Shown here: piece by piece, positions 14,109-26,410 of the stretch
How positions within the stretch are numbered: the stretch's first letter is position 1
Layout: each line of letters opens with the position of its first letter
Source: Malacoraja senta
Taxonomy: Eukaryota
Assembly: GCA_038087875.1 (NCBI GenBank)
Contig: CM075986.1
Coordinates: 13,144,001-13,208,000, forward strand
DNA: 64,000 nucleotides
Direction of reading: 5' to 3'
Notes under the pieces: generated by a model
Told to the model about the DNA's origin: nothing
The model's input: only the letters and a program-made list of their open reading frames with translations
Databases searched by the model: none
Translations under genes and position numbers: made by a program

Positions 14109-15649
14109 CTCCAGTGAATTTGGAGGATTTTGTGCAAACGGCATTGGGGATATATTATCGCATGCCTTGAGATGCCTGCGGTAGGTAGTCCCCTGTCTCA
14201 GAACATAATGGAGGACAGGGACCTTTGCCTTGCTGATGTTCTCTTCCTCTCATATCATGTCTTGGAACTCAGCCTCTGAGCATATATAAAATCAAGCAAT
14301 GTCTGAGTATCGCAGCTCAACCACCTTGGTTCTGTGAATGGCCATGGTTGATTGGGCAAACTTCCATTAGCTCCAATCCCATGAGAGGTTTGTTGGAAAT
14401 GAACTTCAAAGTTGCAATAAGAAAGTTCCTGAAAAATGTTGGGAATGACACAGCCTTGTACGTCATTGGTCATACCTCATTGAGATTGGTTCCATGGTAT
14501 ACCCATTGTATACTCTCTTAGTTTATGGCTTGCCTATAAGAGGAAGATACATTTTTAAGGGGAGCGGAATTTGGATGGAGTTGAAGGCTTTAATGAGTTT
14601 GAAGAAATCCATGTTTTGTAGCTGGCAATGCTTTCCTGGCATTTATCTTGCAATTGTGAAGATCATTGCACTGCGCCCCAGTGTGAATGGAATCCACGCT
14701 ATGATTCAGGGAGTAGCTCTTCAGCCTCTGGGTGGAGGCAGTTGAAGAGGACCCTGGAAATGACTTTGCATTATTCAGCTTCTTTTGTTTACCACAAACA
14801 TTTTTTTTTGTAGAAATGAATGACAACAGATTCATTTCTGGTAATCCGATGGGAGTGGGAGCTTCCGGCAGCTAAGATTGCCAAAACTAAGTGGCTGAAT
14901 TGTAAGGATTAGTAAAACTACCAGTGATTGCTGAATTTCAGTTCTGAGGCTCATAGATTTTCAGCCTGCAGTGTGGGCTAGGTCACCGGGAATGCAGAAA
15001 TGACATTTTGGATTGCAAAGTTAATTAGAAATTTAACAGGTACAGTGAGAGATCTGTGAAGTTTTTGCTATGCAGAGAGACCTGATTATATATTTGCAGG
15101 AAGTGTGAGTATTGCCTGGCATTTCAGCCATGGTGCTGATATTTTTCTTCCCTTTTTTGAAGCCACTCATTTGTGCCCGGTTATTGTTCCATGTGCAAGG
15201 ACCTGCCTAGTCAAGTACTTGTCGTCAATTACTGAGTTGTGACTGCAATTTCTCGCTCTCTATTTAGTCATAGAAGGCATCATATCCAATCTTGTCCTCA
15301 TTCTCTATTTCCCACAGATAATTTCCAGTGTGTGTATGAGGTCTTTGAGTGGTCTTGCTCTGTTAAATACAAATTATTATCGCCTCGCTGACAAACCTGA
15401 GCAGAAAACAAGCTCTTTTTTTGTTGTTGCTTGGCCTTGGGCTACTGAGATTAATGGTGCACCCCAGTTTCAATCCTTACCTCAGGAGAGGCAGGGAAAC
15501 TGGGCAGTTGTCAGTATGAATTGAATTTGTTCTTAAAAATGCAATGGATTTCCATCGACCAATGGAACCAAGATGGAGCAATCCAATTTCAGTTCATCAC
15601 TATCATAAAATAACAAATGGGTATGGTAGAGCAACCAGTTATTTACCTT

Positions 15650-15890
15650 AAAGAAGATATGAGGAATATGTTTTAGTATGCAAGGAGTGAGTAGTGGGTG
15701 ACTGGAACACATCGGGGTGGTAGTGAAGTGGTATTTAACAGGCTATTACATAGACACATGGATAAGTGGGAATGGAGGGATGTAATCATGTGCAGGCAGT
15801 GGAGATTAGTTTAACCTGACACTATATTCACCATGGACATTGTGGGCCGAAGGGCCTGTTTCTGTGCCATACTGTTCTGTGTTCTATGTT
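15650..15890 (+). mobile_element. CR1/HER1 3' end
   Basis: GTGGGTGACTGGAAC..GGACATTGTGGGCCGAAGGGCCTGTTTCTGTG with (TGTTC)n tail. Confidence 0.75.
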
Positions 15891-16311
15891 GATTGAATGG
15901 ACCATCCATGTTTTTGGAGGAGAATTCCAGATGGAATGCAGATCAATTTTAAATGCGTCTGTGAGATAGATCTAAAATAAATTACAGCATGGTTGAAATG
16001 GAAAAAGAGCGTGGAGTGACCTTGATTCTAGTTGTTTTGAAGGTGTGTTTGAGATTTGACATTTCTAACTCTCTTGTTTTTCATTACCATGTGAGGGGAA
16101 TTAATGTTTCTTCTGTCCCTTATTCTCTGTCAGAATTCTGGTAATGAAATAACACTTATTTTTCCCAGCACAATGCAAGGGAGATAACTTTTTTGAGTTT
16201 GGGCTTGGGTTCTTTTAAAATATAATGAAGCTAATTCTCAGGTGTTAGTCTAAGAGGTGCTTGGTATTTTTCAGTAATTTCCCCATACAGTAAATATTCC
16301 CCTGCAGAAAG

Positions 16312-16518
16312 TTTAAGAAGGAACTGCAGATGCTGGACAATCGAAGGTGGACAAAAATGCTGGAGAAACTCAGCGGGTGAGGCAGCATCTATGGAGCGAA
16401 GGAAATAGGCAACGTTTCGGGTCTGAAGAAGGGTCTCGACCCGAAACATCGCCTATTTCCATCGCTCCATAGATGCTGCCTCACCCGCTGAGTTTCTCCA
16501 GCATTTTTGTCTACCTTC
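16312..16518. mobile_element. Fold-back (head-to-head) Penelope terminal-repeat insertion with hammerhead core and 15-bp TSD
   Basis: 81-bp inverted arms 16343-16423 and 16438-16518; CTGAAGAAGGGTCTCGACCCGAAACATC at 16423-16450; direct repeat TTCCCCTGCAGAAAG at 16297-16311 and 16516-16530. Confidence 0.85.
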
Positions 16519-18075
16519 CCCTGCAGAAAGCTTTTTGTAGGTTATTGACATCTGCAGACATTTAGCTCCATTCAGTTGGCCATACTCTCGGTTCAGCAGA
16601 GTGGCTTTGGGATGAGGTAGCAGTAAATGTAAGGGAATAGAAGTGAACAATAGCACCTTATGTGGAACTGTAACTGGGATTCATAGTTCATTATATATTA
16701 ATCCCATTTTAATCCCAATTTTGTCTCTTCCCACTTACTTCCCCTCGAGTCTGCATTTAGTAGGTTGAAGTACTGCAGTCATTTAGCCTACCAAACTGCT
16801 TGTCTTTGACATGAGAGAGAAAGCTCTCAACCACATGGACATCACTGGAAGTTAAGACTAAATCCTGTTATTGGAACTATGAGAACTGGTAATTGATTGA
16901 TAAAATCTTTGTATTCTTCTGGTGTACATTGTGCTCAACAAGTTGCAGGTTAGCATCTTACCCATTATTGGTGGATAATTGAGATTTTACAAAATATGGC
17001 AAATTATTTCTGCATGCAGTTATAAAATGTACTATTGAAGCTGTGGTGTATTAAGAACTCACAGGCTTAAATATTAGGCTCTATGCCAAAATGTTAACTA
17101 AGATATTTATTCATAACTGTGATAATAAATAACACTTGGACAATTTGCCAAAAGAACCTCATAACTAGTGATGAAATTTATTGCAGACCACTTATTTTGC
17201 CTAATGCATTCCAAAGTGCAGCTGTCGATATATGATTGTGATGTGACTGAGATATGTGCTTCATAGACAACATTCATTAAAGATTTGAATGAAAAACAAT
17301 GCAATCATGAGAGGAGTTAACATATAATGGATCAGATGAACTGTCACTGAGCTGGATGAGCTTGGTTAAGCCACAACACTAAATGGTTAATCTAAATTAA
17401 TGGTGCACATCACCAACTGTGGCAGACGCTCACTGTGCTCACTACACTATTGCTGCTGTAACGCCTATTGGCTAATTCTTGTAATCAAGGCAAATAGAAA
17501 GGTTACTAATTCTGTTACCATGGTTACAGAGCACACTTTATTCATTCGGGAGTACAGTTTTTGACAGCAAATGTTCTTCCCAGCGCATTATTGTGATTTT
17601 CCCTTAGCACTATTCATATTCACTGTACTCATTCTGAATTAATGATTTGAGGATACCAGTTGTAGCTGTAGACACATGACCTCGTTTATCACCAGAAATA
17701 TGTGGTGAAATTAAACCCAAAGGATTATAAAATCAGCATCCACTTTTTTTCTTCTTGAAAGTATGATCAATCTGGTTTAGCAATGGGATTTCAAGAATAT
17801 TTTTTAATTAATTGTGCACACAAATAAATTATAAAAAACAAAGGATTCTGTTGAAATGAATGTAAAACATTTGTTTGTAAAGTTTGTACTCGACAAAGGG
17901 AAATCTGTCGGTGTTGGGATTTGCTTGTTTCTATTTTAGGCATCTAGTGTCTGCAACAGGCAATCTTAGGTCAGGTATAATATGGCTGTAAGCATACAGT
18001 AAGCTCTCAACAAACAATGTCTTAACCTCAGAAGTGTGCTCTCAACGGCTTATAACATTTCTATTCCGCACACCA

Positions 18076-18925
18076 TTGATTTTGCCTTGTAGGTGATGGC
18101 ATTCAAGCCCTGCCGCAGTTGCCGAACATCTGCCCCATCCTCCAGCTTTGAGTGCAAGTCCCTTTTAGCCTTTTTGATGGCCTTGTCAAGGTCGTATCTA
18201 GACTTCTTATAGATCTCTGCGTCACCAGACCTGTATGCCCGGGATCTGGTCCTCAGAAGAATGCGGATCTCCTGGTCCATCCGAGGATTCTGGTTAGGAA
18301 ACACTCGGAAGGTTTTTGTAGGAACACAGTCCTCCACACATTTCCTTATGAAGTCTGTAATGACTGTGGCATATCCATTCAGGTCCATTGCCGAGTCCTT
18401 GAACATTGCCCAGTCTACTGACTCCAAGCAGTCCTGTAGTTGTTCCTCTGCCTCCCCCGATCAGCTCTGTGCAGTCCTCGCCTCTGGTGGTGTGCTCTTC
18501 AGTTGCTGCCTGTATGCAGGAAGAAGCAGCACCGCTGAATGGTCGGATTTCCTAAAGTGAGGGCGAGGGATAGAGTGATAGGCATCCTTGATGGTCGTAT
18601 AGCAGTGGTCAAGGGTGTTTAATCCTCTGGTGCCGTAGGCGACATGTTGATGGTAGTTTAGGAGTGATTTTTCCAGGTTGGCTTTGTTGAAGTCCCCGGC
18701 TATGGTGGTAAAGGGTTCGGGGTACAGTGTCTGGTGCTTGTTGACCACGGCGTGCAGCTTCTCCAATGCTAGACAGACGTCTGCCTGGGGTGGGATGTAG
18801 ACGGTGATCAATTCCCTCAGGAGGTATAAGGGGCGGCACTTCACCGCCAGATGTTCCACGTGCGGAGAGCAGGAGTTTACAGAACTGCCACGTCTGAGCA
18901 CCGCAAAGAGTTGACCATGAGGCAG
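18076..18925 (-). mobile_element. Rex1/Babar-type LINE fragment (APE endonuclease and downstream linker), frameshifted
   Basis: CLMVNS..DVAVL..SCSPHVEHLAVKCRPLYL..ITVYIPP..AGDFNKANL..LDHCYT..KSDHSAVLL and ESVDWAMFKDS..FPNQNPRMD..KKAKR. Confidence 0.9.
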
Positions 18926-19349
18926 TCGCGAAAACAGGATGTCGAATGGCACTGGTCCAAAGAGTGCGACCATGCATTCACCAGGTTGAAGGAGATGCTC
19001 GCCCAGAAGACGCGTTTGGTCCACTATGACCCATCGAAGCTGATCTCGCTGGCCGCCGATGCATCGCCATATGGTCTTGGAGCAGTAATCTCACAAACAG
19101 TGCCGAACGGCAAGGAAGAACCAATCGCATTCGCATCCAAAACGCTGACGACCGCCGAGAAAAACTACAGTCAAGTGGAGAAAGAACAGCATACAGATAA
19201 AGCAAATACTGATATCTCTTCAAAAGAGAACACTGAGGAAAACTCTGTTGATTCTGAGCCTTTAGCAAGAGTTGTGAAACGCAAAAAAGGCTGGAAAAGA
19301 GTGAAGCGAGGTCCAGCTAAATGGGGACGTTCAATCTGGAAAGGGGGAA
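18926..19349 (+). mobile_element. Gypsy/Ty3 LTR-retrotransposon internal remnant: RT-RNase H linker/RNase H N-terminus joined to pol C-terminal tail and PPT
   Basis: WHWSKECDHAFTRLKEML..LVHYDPSK..LAADASPYGLGAVISQ..EEPIAFASKTLTTAEKNYSQVEKE; PPT GGAAAGGGGGAA at 19338-19349. Confidence 0.9.
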
Positions 19350-19581
19350 TGTGATGTTTGGTGGACTGTGTGGGTGGGAGGATCCGTTGCTCCTCCCGTG
19401 CAGTAGGTGGCGCTGCACAGGACAAAGGGTTTTGTTTGTAGTTTTCTGCTGTCTATGTGTGTGTGTGTGTGTGTGCAGCCATTTTTGAGTAGTCTTGCTG
19501 CCAGCATTGAGCAAAGCATTAAAGACTTCTGTTGTAAATTAAAGACGCTCAAATTTTGTGCAGACCTAGAAAAAGAACACA
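19350..19581 (+). repeat. Putative 3' LTR of the Gypsy remnant
   Basis: Starts TGTGATG directly after the PPT; contains (TG)n and two ATTAAA; ends ..GAACACA (alternative CA end at 19590). Confidence 0.7.
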
Positions 19582-20382
19582 AAAGTTTCATCCTTGATGT
19601 ACTTGGTATGCTGATTAGAGTTTCCTAACAATATATCCAATTTCCTATCATGATTGTAGTTGCTGTTGCCTTCAGGATGTGATTTGGGATCCTGGTATGG
19701 AAATGAATGAAAAAGTGACCTGGTTATCTTAAGAATGCGATGATGCTCTTTGTCACAATTGGAATCCAGCATTAAAAAAAATTGTATCATATTATATGAA
19801 AAGACCTCTGTTATCCTTGTTACAATTGTTAAAGAAGGCTTCAAAATATTGTATCATATGTTAATTTAGGTCATGGCATACCGCAAAGCGCTGAACCATT
19901 GCAGGGAGATTTCTAAGAGTAACCCTGTTAGGTTAGAACTGTAGGCAAGTAAACAAAAACTGCAAGTGTTGACAATACACAAAATGACGAAAAACGGGTC
20001 ATTGTTTCAAATTAGGATTATATTGCAAGAAGCCAGTTAGTGTTATGAACATTATGCTCAATTAATGGGAATTATGCTGTTCTCGTTCTCTTTGGGATAG
20101 CCTCACTAGGAAAGGAACTTTGTTGCTATGCTTGTATTTGTGTTAATGCAAAGTAATTTGCATTATATTCCAAAAGTGCCAGATTGAATGCATATCAATA
20201 ATATTCACTGCTGGTAAACCAATGAGTGTTTCATGACAGAGAGAAGCAGGCATGAAACATTGTTCTTACGTCTTATTCTTTTCCTCACCATCGTCTGTGC
20301 AAGCTCATGCATGCATGACTTTTTTCCTTATTTTGTGGCTAAAAAAGAAAAAGTAGACCATCAGAGTTCCCATGAAATATTG

Positions 20383-20600
20383 AAGATAGACACAAAATGC
20401 TGGAATAACTCAGCGGGGCTGGCAGCATCTCAGAAGAGAAGGAATGGGTGACGTTTCGGGTTGAGACCCTGCTTCAGAAATATAATTGAACTGAAACATT
20501 AATTCTGCTTCTCATTCCACAGATGCTGCCCGATCTGCTGAGTATTTCCACCATTTTCTGTTTTTATTTTAGATTTCCAGTATCTGCAGTATTTTTTGAG
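20383..20600. repeat. Two Penelope terminal fragments in opposite orientation
   Basis: Minus copy 20383-20477 with CTGAAGCAGGGTCTCAACCCGAAACGTC; older plus copy 20490-20600 (TGAAACATTAA..CCACAGATGCTGCC..TCTGCAGT). Confidence 0.75.
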
Positions 20601-21661
20601 TTATTTCAAGCATCTTTTTGGTTCTTTTTTATATCATACTTCAATTACTCTAATGCTGTATAGAGTTGGGTATTTCTGTTAGCTTCTGGAGATAAGAGCA
20701 TCATTTTGGCAATTTATACTCAAAACAAAGCAACTGATATAAAAAAGAAATTGCTCTGGCACCCATAGTTCTCTCTTTGTTGTCAGTTATACTGTCTCTC
20801 TTGCAGTTTCCTAGAAACTGTTTTACTCAAGGGTTTTAGACTTAATTGAAAATATTAGGATTTTGATCTGCATTAAATGCACGGTTTCGATGTGAAATGC
20901 TTCAGTAGGATTGTGTAAATCAGTCAATTAGTGCTGAGATCTTTCCCAGGAGATTTTGGGAATAGAGAGAATGTGTTAATGATTTACTTGTAGCTGCATG
21001 TGTGAATAGAAAGGGCATGTTGGATCAGACTGACTTTTCCCAATCATCTTTGTTGAAACAGCTACTAATTAACAACTCCTGTACTCAGCATTTGCACTAA
21101 TTTTCCCATATTACAGGTTAATTTCCGTGTTGTATTGTTATTTGATGGTCTTAAATCCTTGGTTGGATGTGTATCCCTTGGGTGGAAGAATTCTGCCTCA
21201 CCAATCAGAGAGCAAACGTGTTTCAGGAATACGTTTTTAATAGAGTGGATTGTTGGATAGGCTTGTAAATCCTGGCTAAATTGGAGCAGCTAGGACTTTA
21301 AAAATGGGGTAAAGTTTCAGGGTTGCTGGGAGATTTGGTCAATTTGGAATTGCTCTCTGCAGAGCTGAGACAACCTGCGAAGAGGTGCCAGAGTGTCTGG
21401 AGCTTAGATACAATTTGCAAGCAAAGAATGGGAATATCTGCAAACCCTGTCAATGAGGTGCAAAATGCATAGAATGGATTGGATGGCTGCAAACCAGACA
21501 TACACCTTGTAAATAAATTGTAAAATAATGTTGCAGAGTTTGACTTTGCCAAGTGTTGATTGGATGAGGTGTTGAGCCTTGACTGGGTTTTCTGTAAATC
21601 AGGGTAAATGTTTCTTAGTTGGCTTCCTTATGAAGTCCGTTTTGAATACAATTTATCGAAC

Positions 21662-22028
21662 TGTAGTATCATTGGGTTAGGGGAATGCCTGTTATGTATG
21701 GGGTTAATCGATATCTGTAATTGGGTTATTAAGAGACCACCCCCATGTGGTTCGGCCCCTCGAGGTCCCGGGACATATAAAAGTCCGCTACCACGAGGCT
21801 CAGCGTTGATCTTCTGGGAGAGCGCTTGGGACTGCGTGAACCTCTGGAGTGTCTCTGTATGAGCGAGGCCTAGAGGGATTGAACAGGCAGTCACGAGGAT
21901 GGAACCCACAGTGGAATAGGTACAGTAGTTGGTAACCTTTGGTAAAATAAAATTTAGTTGATTCAAGTGCTTGATTCAGTGTTTTTACTGAAACTAGACT
22001 GGGGGGAAGCTTAGAAGAGCAATTATCA
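21662..22028 (+). mobile_element. Solo-LTR-like element
   Basis: TG...CA ends, CpG-rich relative to flanks, TATAAAA at 21776-21782, AATAAA at 21946-21951; no TSD found. Confidence 0.5.
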
Positions 22029-22930
22029 GGCTGAATGGCTGTCTTCATTTATATTTGGTTAACTTTTTTGCATGTGAAAGTTGAGCTTCTTTCTAACTGA
22101 GGAAAGCTATATATTCAACAGATAATCCATCTTTCCTGCTTGAATACAGGTATCAATTACTCCGACACAAAGCAGGGAACTGAATCAGATACTTAGATTG
22201 ACAAGACATGTCTGAAAATCTGACAAATCTGAACAGTCTACGAGAGTTTTTCTATTCATGAATTACAAAGTGATAGTGTTTTTGGAAATCTCTAACAGAA
22301 ATTTACTTGAAGCTGGAGTCTTGCTAATCACGTTTTCCAGTGCTTTCTGTTTTTGGATTATTTAACATTGGCTTATCGATCAGCTTCAGCCAATCCACGG
22401 GTGAATAATTGAGAGCAAAGAAAGGGATCAGCAATAAAACATCATTGCCACCAGAAATAAAATTTCCAACTTGGGAACATATTTTATGCAGACTGTAGAC
22501 CTGAATTTGTAAATGTGCGTAATAAATTAATGAACTGAATGATAGCAGTCAATTCCAATGTCAGGCAGCATCCCTGAATTCTAACAGAACGTGTGGGAGT
22601 GCTCCAAGAGCTACATATAATAGGTGTTGAGGATTGGCTACAGCAGATGGGTGTGCATATATTTGTTATTTGAACATGCAGTAGTTAGAATGAAAAGTGG
22701 CTCACTCACTTTGCAGCTAAAATTAACTAGAGTTGACAAAATTGCCTGGAATTGTGACTGTGGTGCAACTTATGAGACATACTGTGTGTTATAACAGAAA
22801 GAAAGAATTAAGCCTTTCAAATGTCGCCAGGTGGCAATTTATATGTAGGAATTATCATCAATTCACATGCAAGAGGAACTGGATTAAAATACGAATATTT
22901 GGATACGTGAAGCCAACATGATTGAAAACA

Positions 22931-22967
22931 CAAAAGCACATGAAAATGCAGGTGCTGCAATCAAGAG
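22931..22967 (-). repeat. 37-bp Penelope-terminus-like micro-insertion with 14-bp TSD
   Basis: CATGATTGAAAACA at 22917-22930 and 22968-22981 flanks ..GAAAATGCAGGTGCTGCAATC.. (compare GAACTGCAGATGCTGGA). Confidence 0.55.
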
Positions 22968-23664
22968 CATGATTGAAAACATCATCAATTTTGTAAACCC
23001 TCAGTAATTGTTAGTAAAGACATGAATGGACATTGGACAAATATGTGTACATATTTTAAATATGAAGAATAAGCACTTAAAAAACAGAACACTCCAATTT
23101 GTTATCATATGAAGACTAAAGGTTATGACAATTCCCAAGGAATTGAAGTCATTGAATAGTTTAAACTGATATATGAAGCTAGATGCATTCCTAGGAAAGG
23201 ACGATTATAATGAGAAAGTCACCAGAAAAGTTTTGAAATCTAACAAGAAGAGATTGTTTATTGGACCTCACGGACATCGCAAAATCATTTTTTTTATAGT
23301 CCCCTTATTTTGGGCTTTTGTTCTGTAAGGCGGTTGTGTACAGTAAATTTATGCTGAAAGTGAAGTTGTCTGAAAGATTGTCAGTAACCTGAGGTCTTTT
23401 GTTCTACTCGGTACAGCTTTCAAGGAGTACTTGATCATTAATGCTAGAGTTTGATAGCGCTAAAAATACTTAACATTTTTGCAATATTGAACCAGAAACC
23501 TGATACGATAGAGAGATGAAATCGGTTGAAGGCCTATTTTGAAATAGGATGAAAAATACAAATTCCAAGTTAACAAATAATTTTGTTTGTAGTTAATGTT
23601 TTATATTGGTGTTAATTCTTCAGTATAGTGGAGTAAAAATAAAAACATTTGCACAGAATTAATG

Positions 23665-24010
23665 TAGGCACGGGGAACTGCAGATGCTGGTTTACAAACA
23701 AAGTGCTGGAGTAACTCAGCGGGTCAGGCAGCATCTCTAGAGGACATGGATAGGTGATATTTTGGGTCAGGACCCTTCTACATACTGTTTGTCGTGGGGG
23801 GGGGAGAAAGCTGGAAGAGAGGTAGAGGTATGACAAAGCCTGGCAAGTGATAGGTGGTTACATGTGAGGGGAGGGGGGGTGTGATTGGCAGGTGTTTGTA
23901 CAAAGGCAATAGTTGAGAAGACAAAATGAGTGAGATAAGGAGTTAAGGATAGAACAGGTGTGAAATGTGAAGCCAGAGGAACAAATATGTGGGACAGGGG
24001 AAGGGAAATG
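23665..24010 (-). mobile_element. Penelope 3' UTR/terminal repeat fragment
   Basis: GGAACTGCAGATGCTGG..GTGCTGGAGTAACTCAGCGGGTCAGGCAGCATCT..GACCCTTCT followed by a purine-rich tract, as at 28440 and 37600. Confidence 0.8.
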
Positions 24011-25339
24011 CAGAAATGGATGCTGATCCTGTGTTGGCTCCCGTCGTCACCTCAGATTCATAGAAATGGACTAGAAGCAAGTCATTTTTAACCTGAAGGA
24101 CTGTCTAAAAATCTGATTATTAATATAAATGGTTTCCATTCCTTAAATGTGCACATCAAGTATCATATGAAGAATTTTATGAAGCAATTTCACATTTCCT
24201 GGCAGCTTGCCTAATTTCCTTATTATTGTGAGTTCACATTGCCTGACATTTTAAGCAGCCAGCATTTACCAGAGCGATAGATCGTGGAGACAAGTTGTAC
24301 CCACTTCTTCTGTGACATTTGACATCTGTTTACATTCAAATTATTGCAGCTGAATATCAATAGAACAGCAGCAGCACAAATATGAGCATTGTTATGGGGA
24401 ATGCAATTCGTCTTCTGGAAATGAGATTCCACTGTCATTTTCAGTCTAATGATGCTTTGAAATGCACACCATGCAAGTGCAGTGACTTTATTATAGTGTT
24501 CTACTTAACCCAGTTAACAGAAGGTGCCAGTTGGTACCTGAGAAAGAAGAGTCGGGATGTGCAGCTTGAAGATCAGAATGGAGATGTGGAAGAGCGACAC
24601 AGCGAGTAGACAATGAAAGCTCACACATGAATACTCCTGTTCAATATCAACTTTCATTTTCCCACTGAGCACAAAGAGCCTGGATAGTCAAAAAAGGTTT
24701 ACTCGTAGAGAGAAGTTCCCCAAGTTTACCATTATCTTCCAGTATCAAGTCACAACCTCCCACTATATCTCAAGATCCATTTTTAACTCGTTCAGCTCTT
24801 AACCTGCTGGAATTCTCTTACATCATGAAGTCAAGATTACTTTTCTTTTCAATTTGATTAATGTTCATTCTACCACAACAAAAACAGTTTTTTACCCGCT
24901 ACTTTCTGTTCATGATTTACATAGATTTAATCTTTCAGAACTACAAGGAAGAGAAAAGAGGAACAGTGAACCAATGCAATTCCGGTGAATTTCGTCATTG
25001 ATCAAACCTAATGCAAATATCCGATAACCTTTGCAAATTCTCAACTTTGCATAAAAACAACCTTGATTCAAGCTTTCATTTAACAACTCAGAGAATAAGA
25101 GGTGGTGAGGTGGTGAGTGGGTGAAGTATGGACATTTCTGAAACTCAGAGAAGCACTCAGCTTTATAAAAAGGTATGACTGGAAATGGTTATTTATTGTT
25201 AGTAAGTGCATTTACTCTGTAGAATTGCAAAGGACTAATCGAGTGAGTAGGTTAACTCTAGAGACCTAACAGCCCACATATTCAAAAATTGCTGTTTCTA
25301 ATTTATAGACGGCAGCCATTGGAGGAGTAGAATTGCTGC

Positions 25340-25520
25340 AGCTGATCTCAGCTCCCCTTATTTAGGGAGCAGAGCAGGATCATCATTTTTTACTTCTACA
25401 TGTTTAACCCTCAGTAGAAATGTGCACATTTGTTGATTAGGACTGCACTGATGCTCCCTTAGTTAAATAGCCTGTAGGCACACTCTTTCAGCTTGCCAAA
25501 CCAACAAACCACTTGGGCCT
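25340..25520 (+). mobile_element. Ancient DeuSINE (SacSINE1/AmnSINE1-like) relic
   Basis: Ordered motifs AGCTGATCTCAGC ... TGATGCTCCC..AATAGCCTG..CACACTC ... CCACTTGGGC match the recalled Deu-SINE consensus. Confidence 0.5.
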
Positions 25521-26410
25521 ACAACAGAATATGAATAAGGAATCAATTGACAAGATAAAGAAACAAAATATTTGACTTATTTGTTGCATTTCCTGAAATC
25601 TTATCACAGGGAATGCCTCCCTGTAACACTAAATTATGCTTCAAATGTTGATGTTATTATCACATATTAAGAATGGCTTGAATCTTATAAATTGATTTGC
25701 TGTAAACTATTATACTCCAATCAGGATTCAGTACAGTGAGAGGGGAAGAAATTTGATAGGTAGAAGTCTCTGTTTATACACGGATCATAACATTGCATTT
25801 TTATACCTTCCTTTTGCATGCAATGCTGTAACGCACCAAACTATTTTTCAAACATATTCTTGAGTAGGAAAACAACACAACTATTCCGTTTCAGCCATGC
25901 TCCAGAGGCAGCAGTGATATCCATAATCAGTTGGTTTGTTAAATATTTCAGGCGATATCAGTTCAGGGAGAACATGGTTTTTCTTGACATCATTTCCGGT
26001 ATTGGGTTCCATGCAAGACAGAATTATATGTCTGTGTAAGGTTTTAATACAATGTTTAAACAATGGCAATATGATAAAAAAAATATTTAGCTGGGGTGGG
26101 AGAGGTGAGGTATTGTAATATCTTCTTTCTAAAGTTGTGCATTTCTTATAAAGTTGAGGTTAAGGCCCATGGAGCATTGTAAATAAACCTGCATGTTTTC
26201 CTGGTTGTTCTGTTGACTCGGTTTCAGTATTTTCTGTAACTTATTATTTGAAACTTGTTTGTTAAGAATAACTGGTCAAACTGGATATCATTCACCTGTG
26301 ATTCATTTATACCATTGATGTATCCTTGACTTTTTTAAGGATCTGCTTCTTGCATTCAGAGAGGGTCTAACAAGCATGAAACAAATACAGGATTAGAAAG
26401 ATGGTCAGTT

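Noticed and set aside
14110-14800. GC-elevated segment that may be another old repeat (also 1430-1640, 21240-21660)
   Set aside because: No family-diagnostic motif that I could verify.
17310-17530. TAAT/ATTA-rich unique stretches resembling conserved enhancers (also ~22380, ~50280-50760, ~58260)
   Set aside because: Cannot be supported without cross-species alignment.
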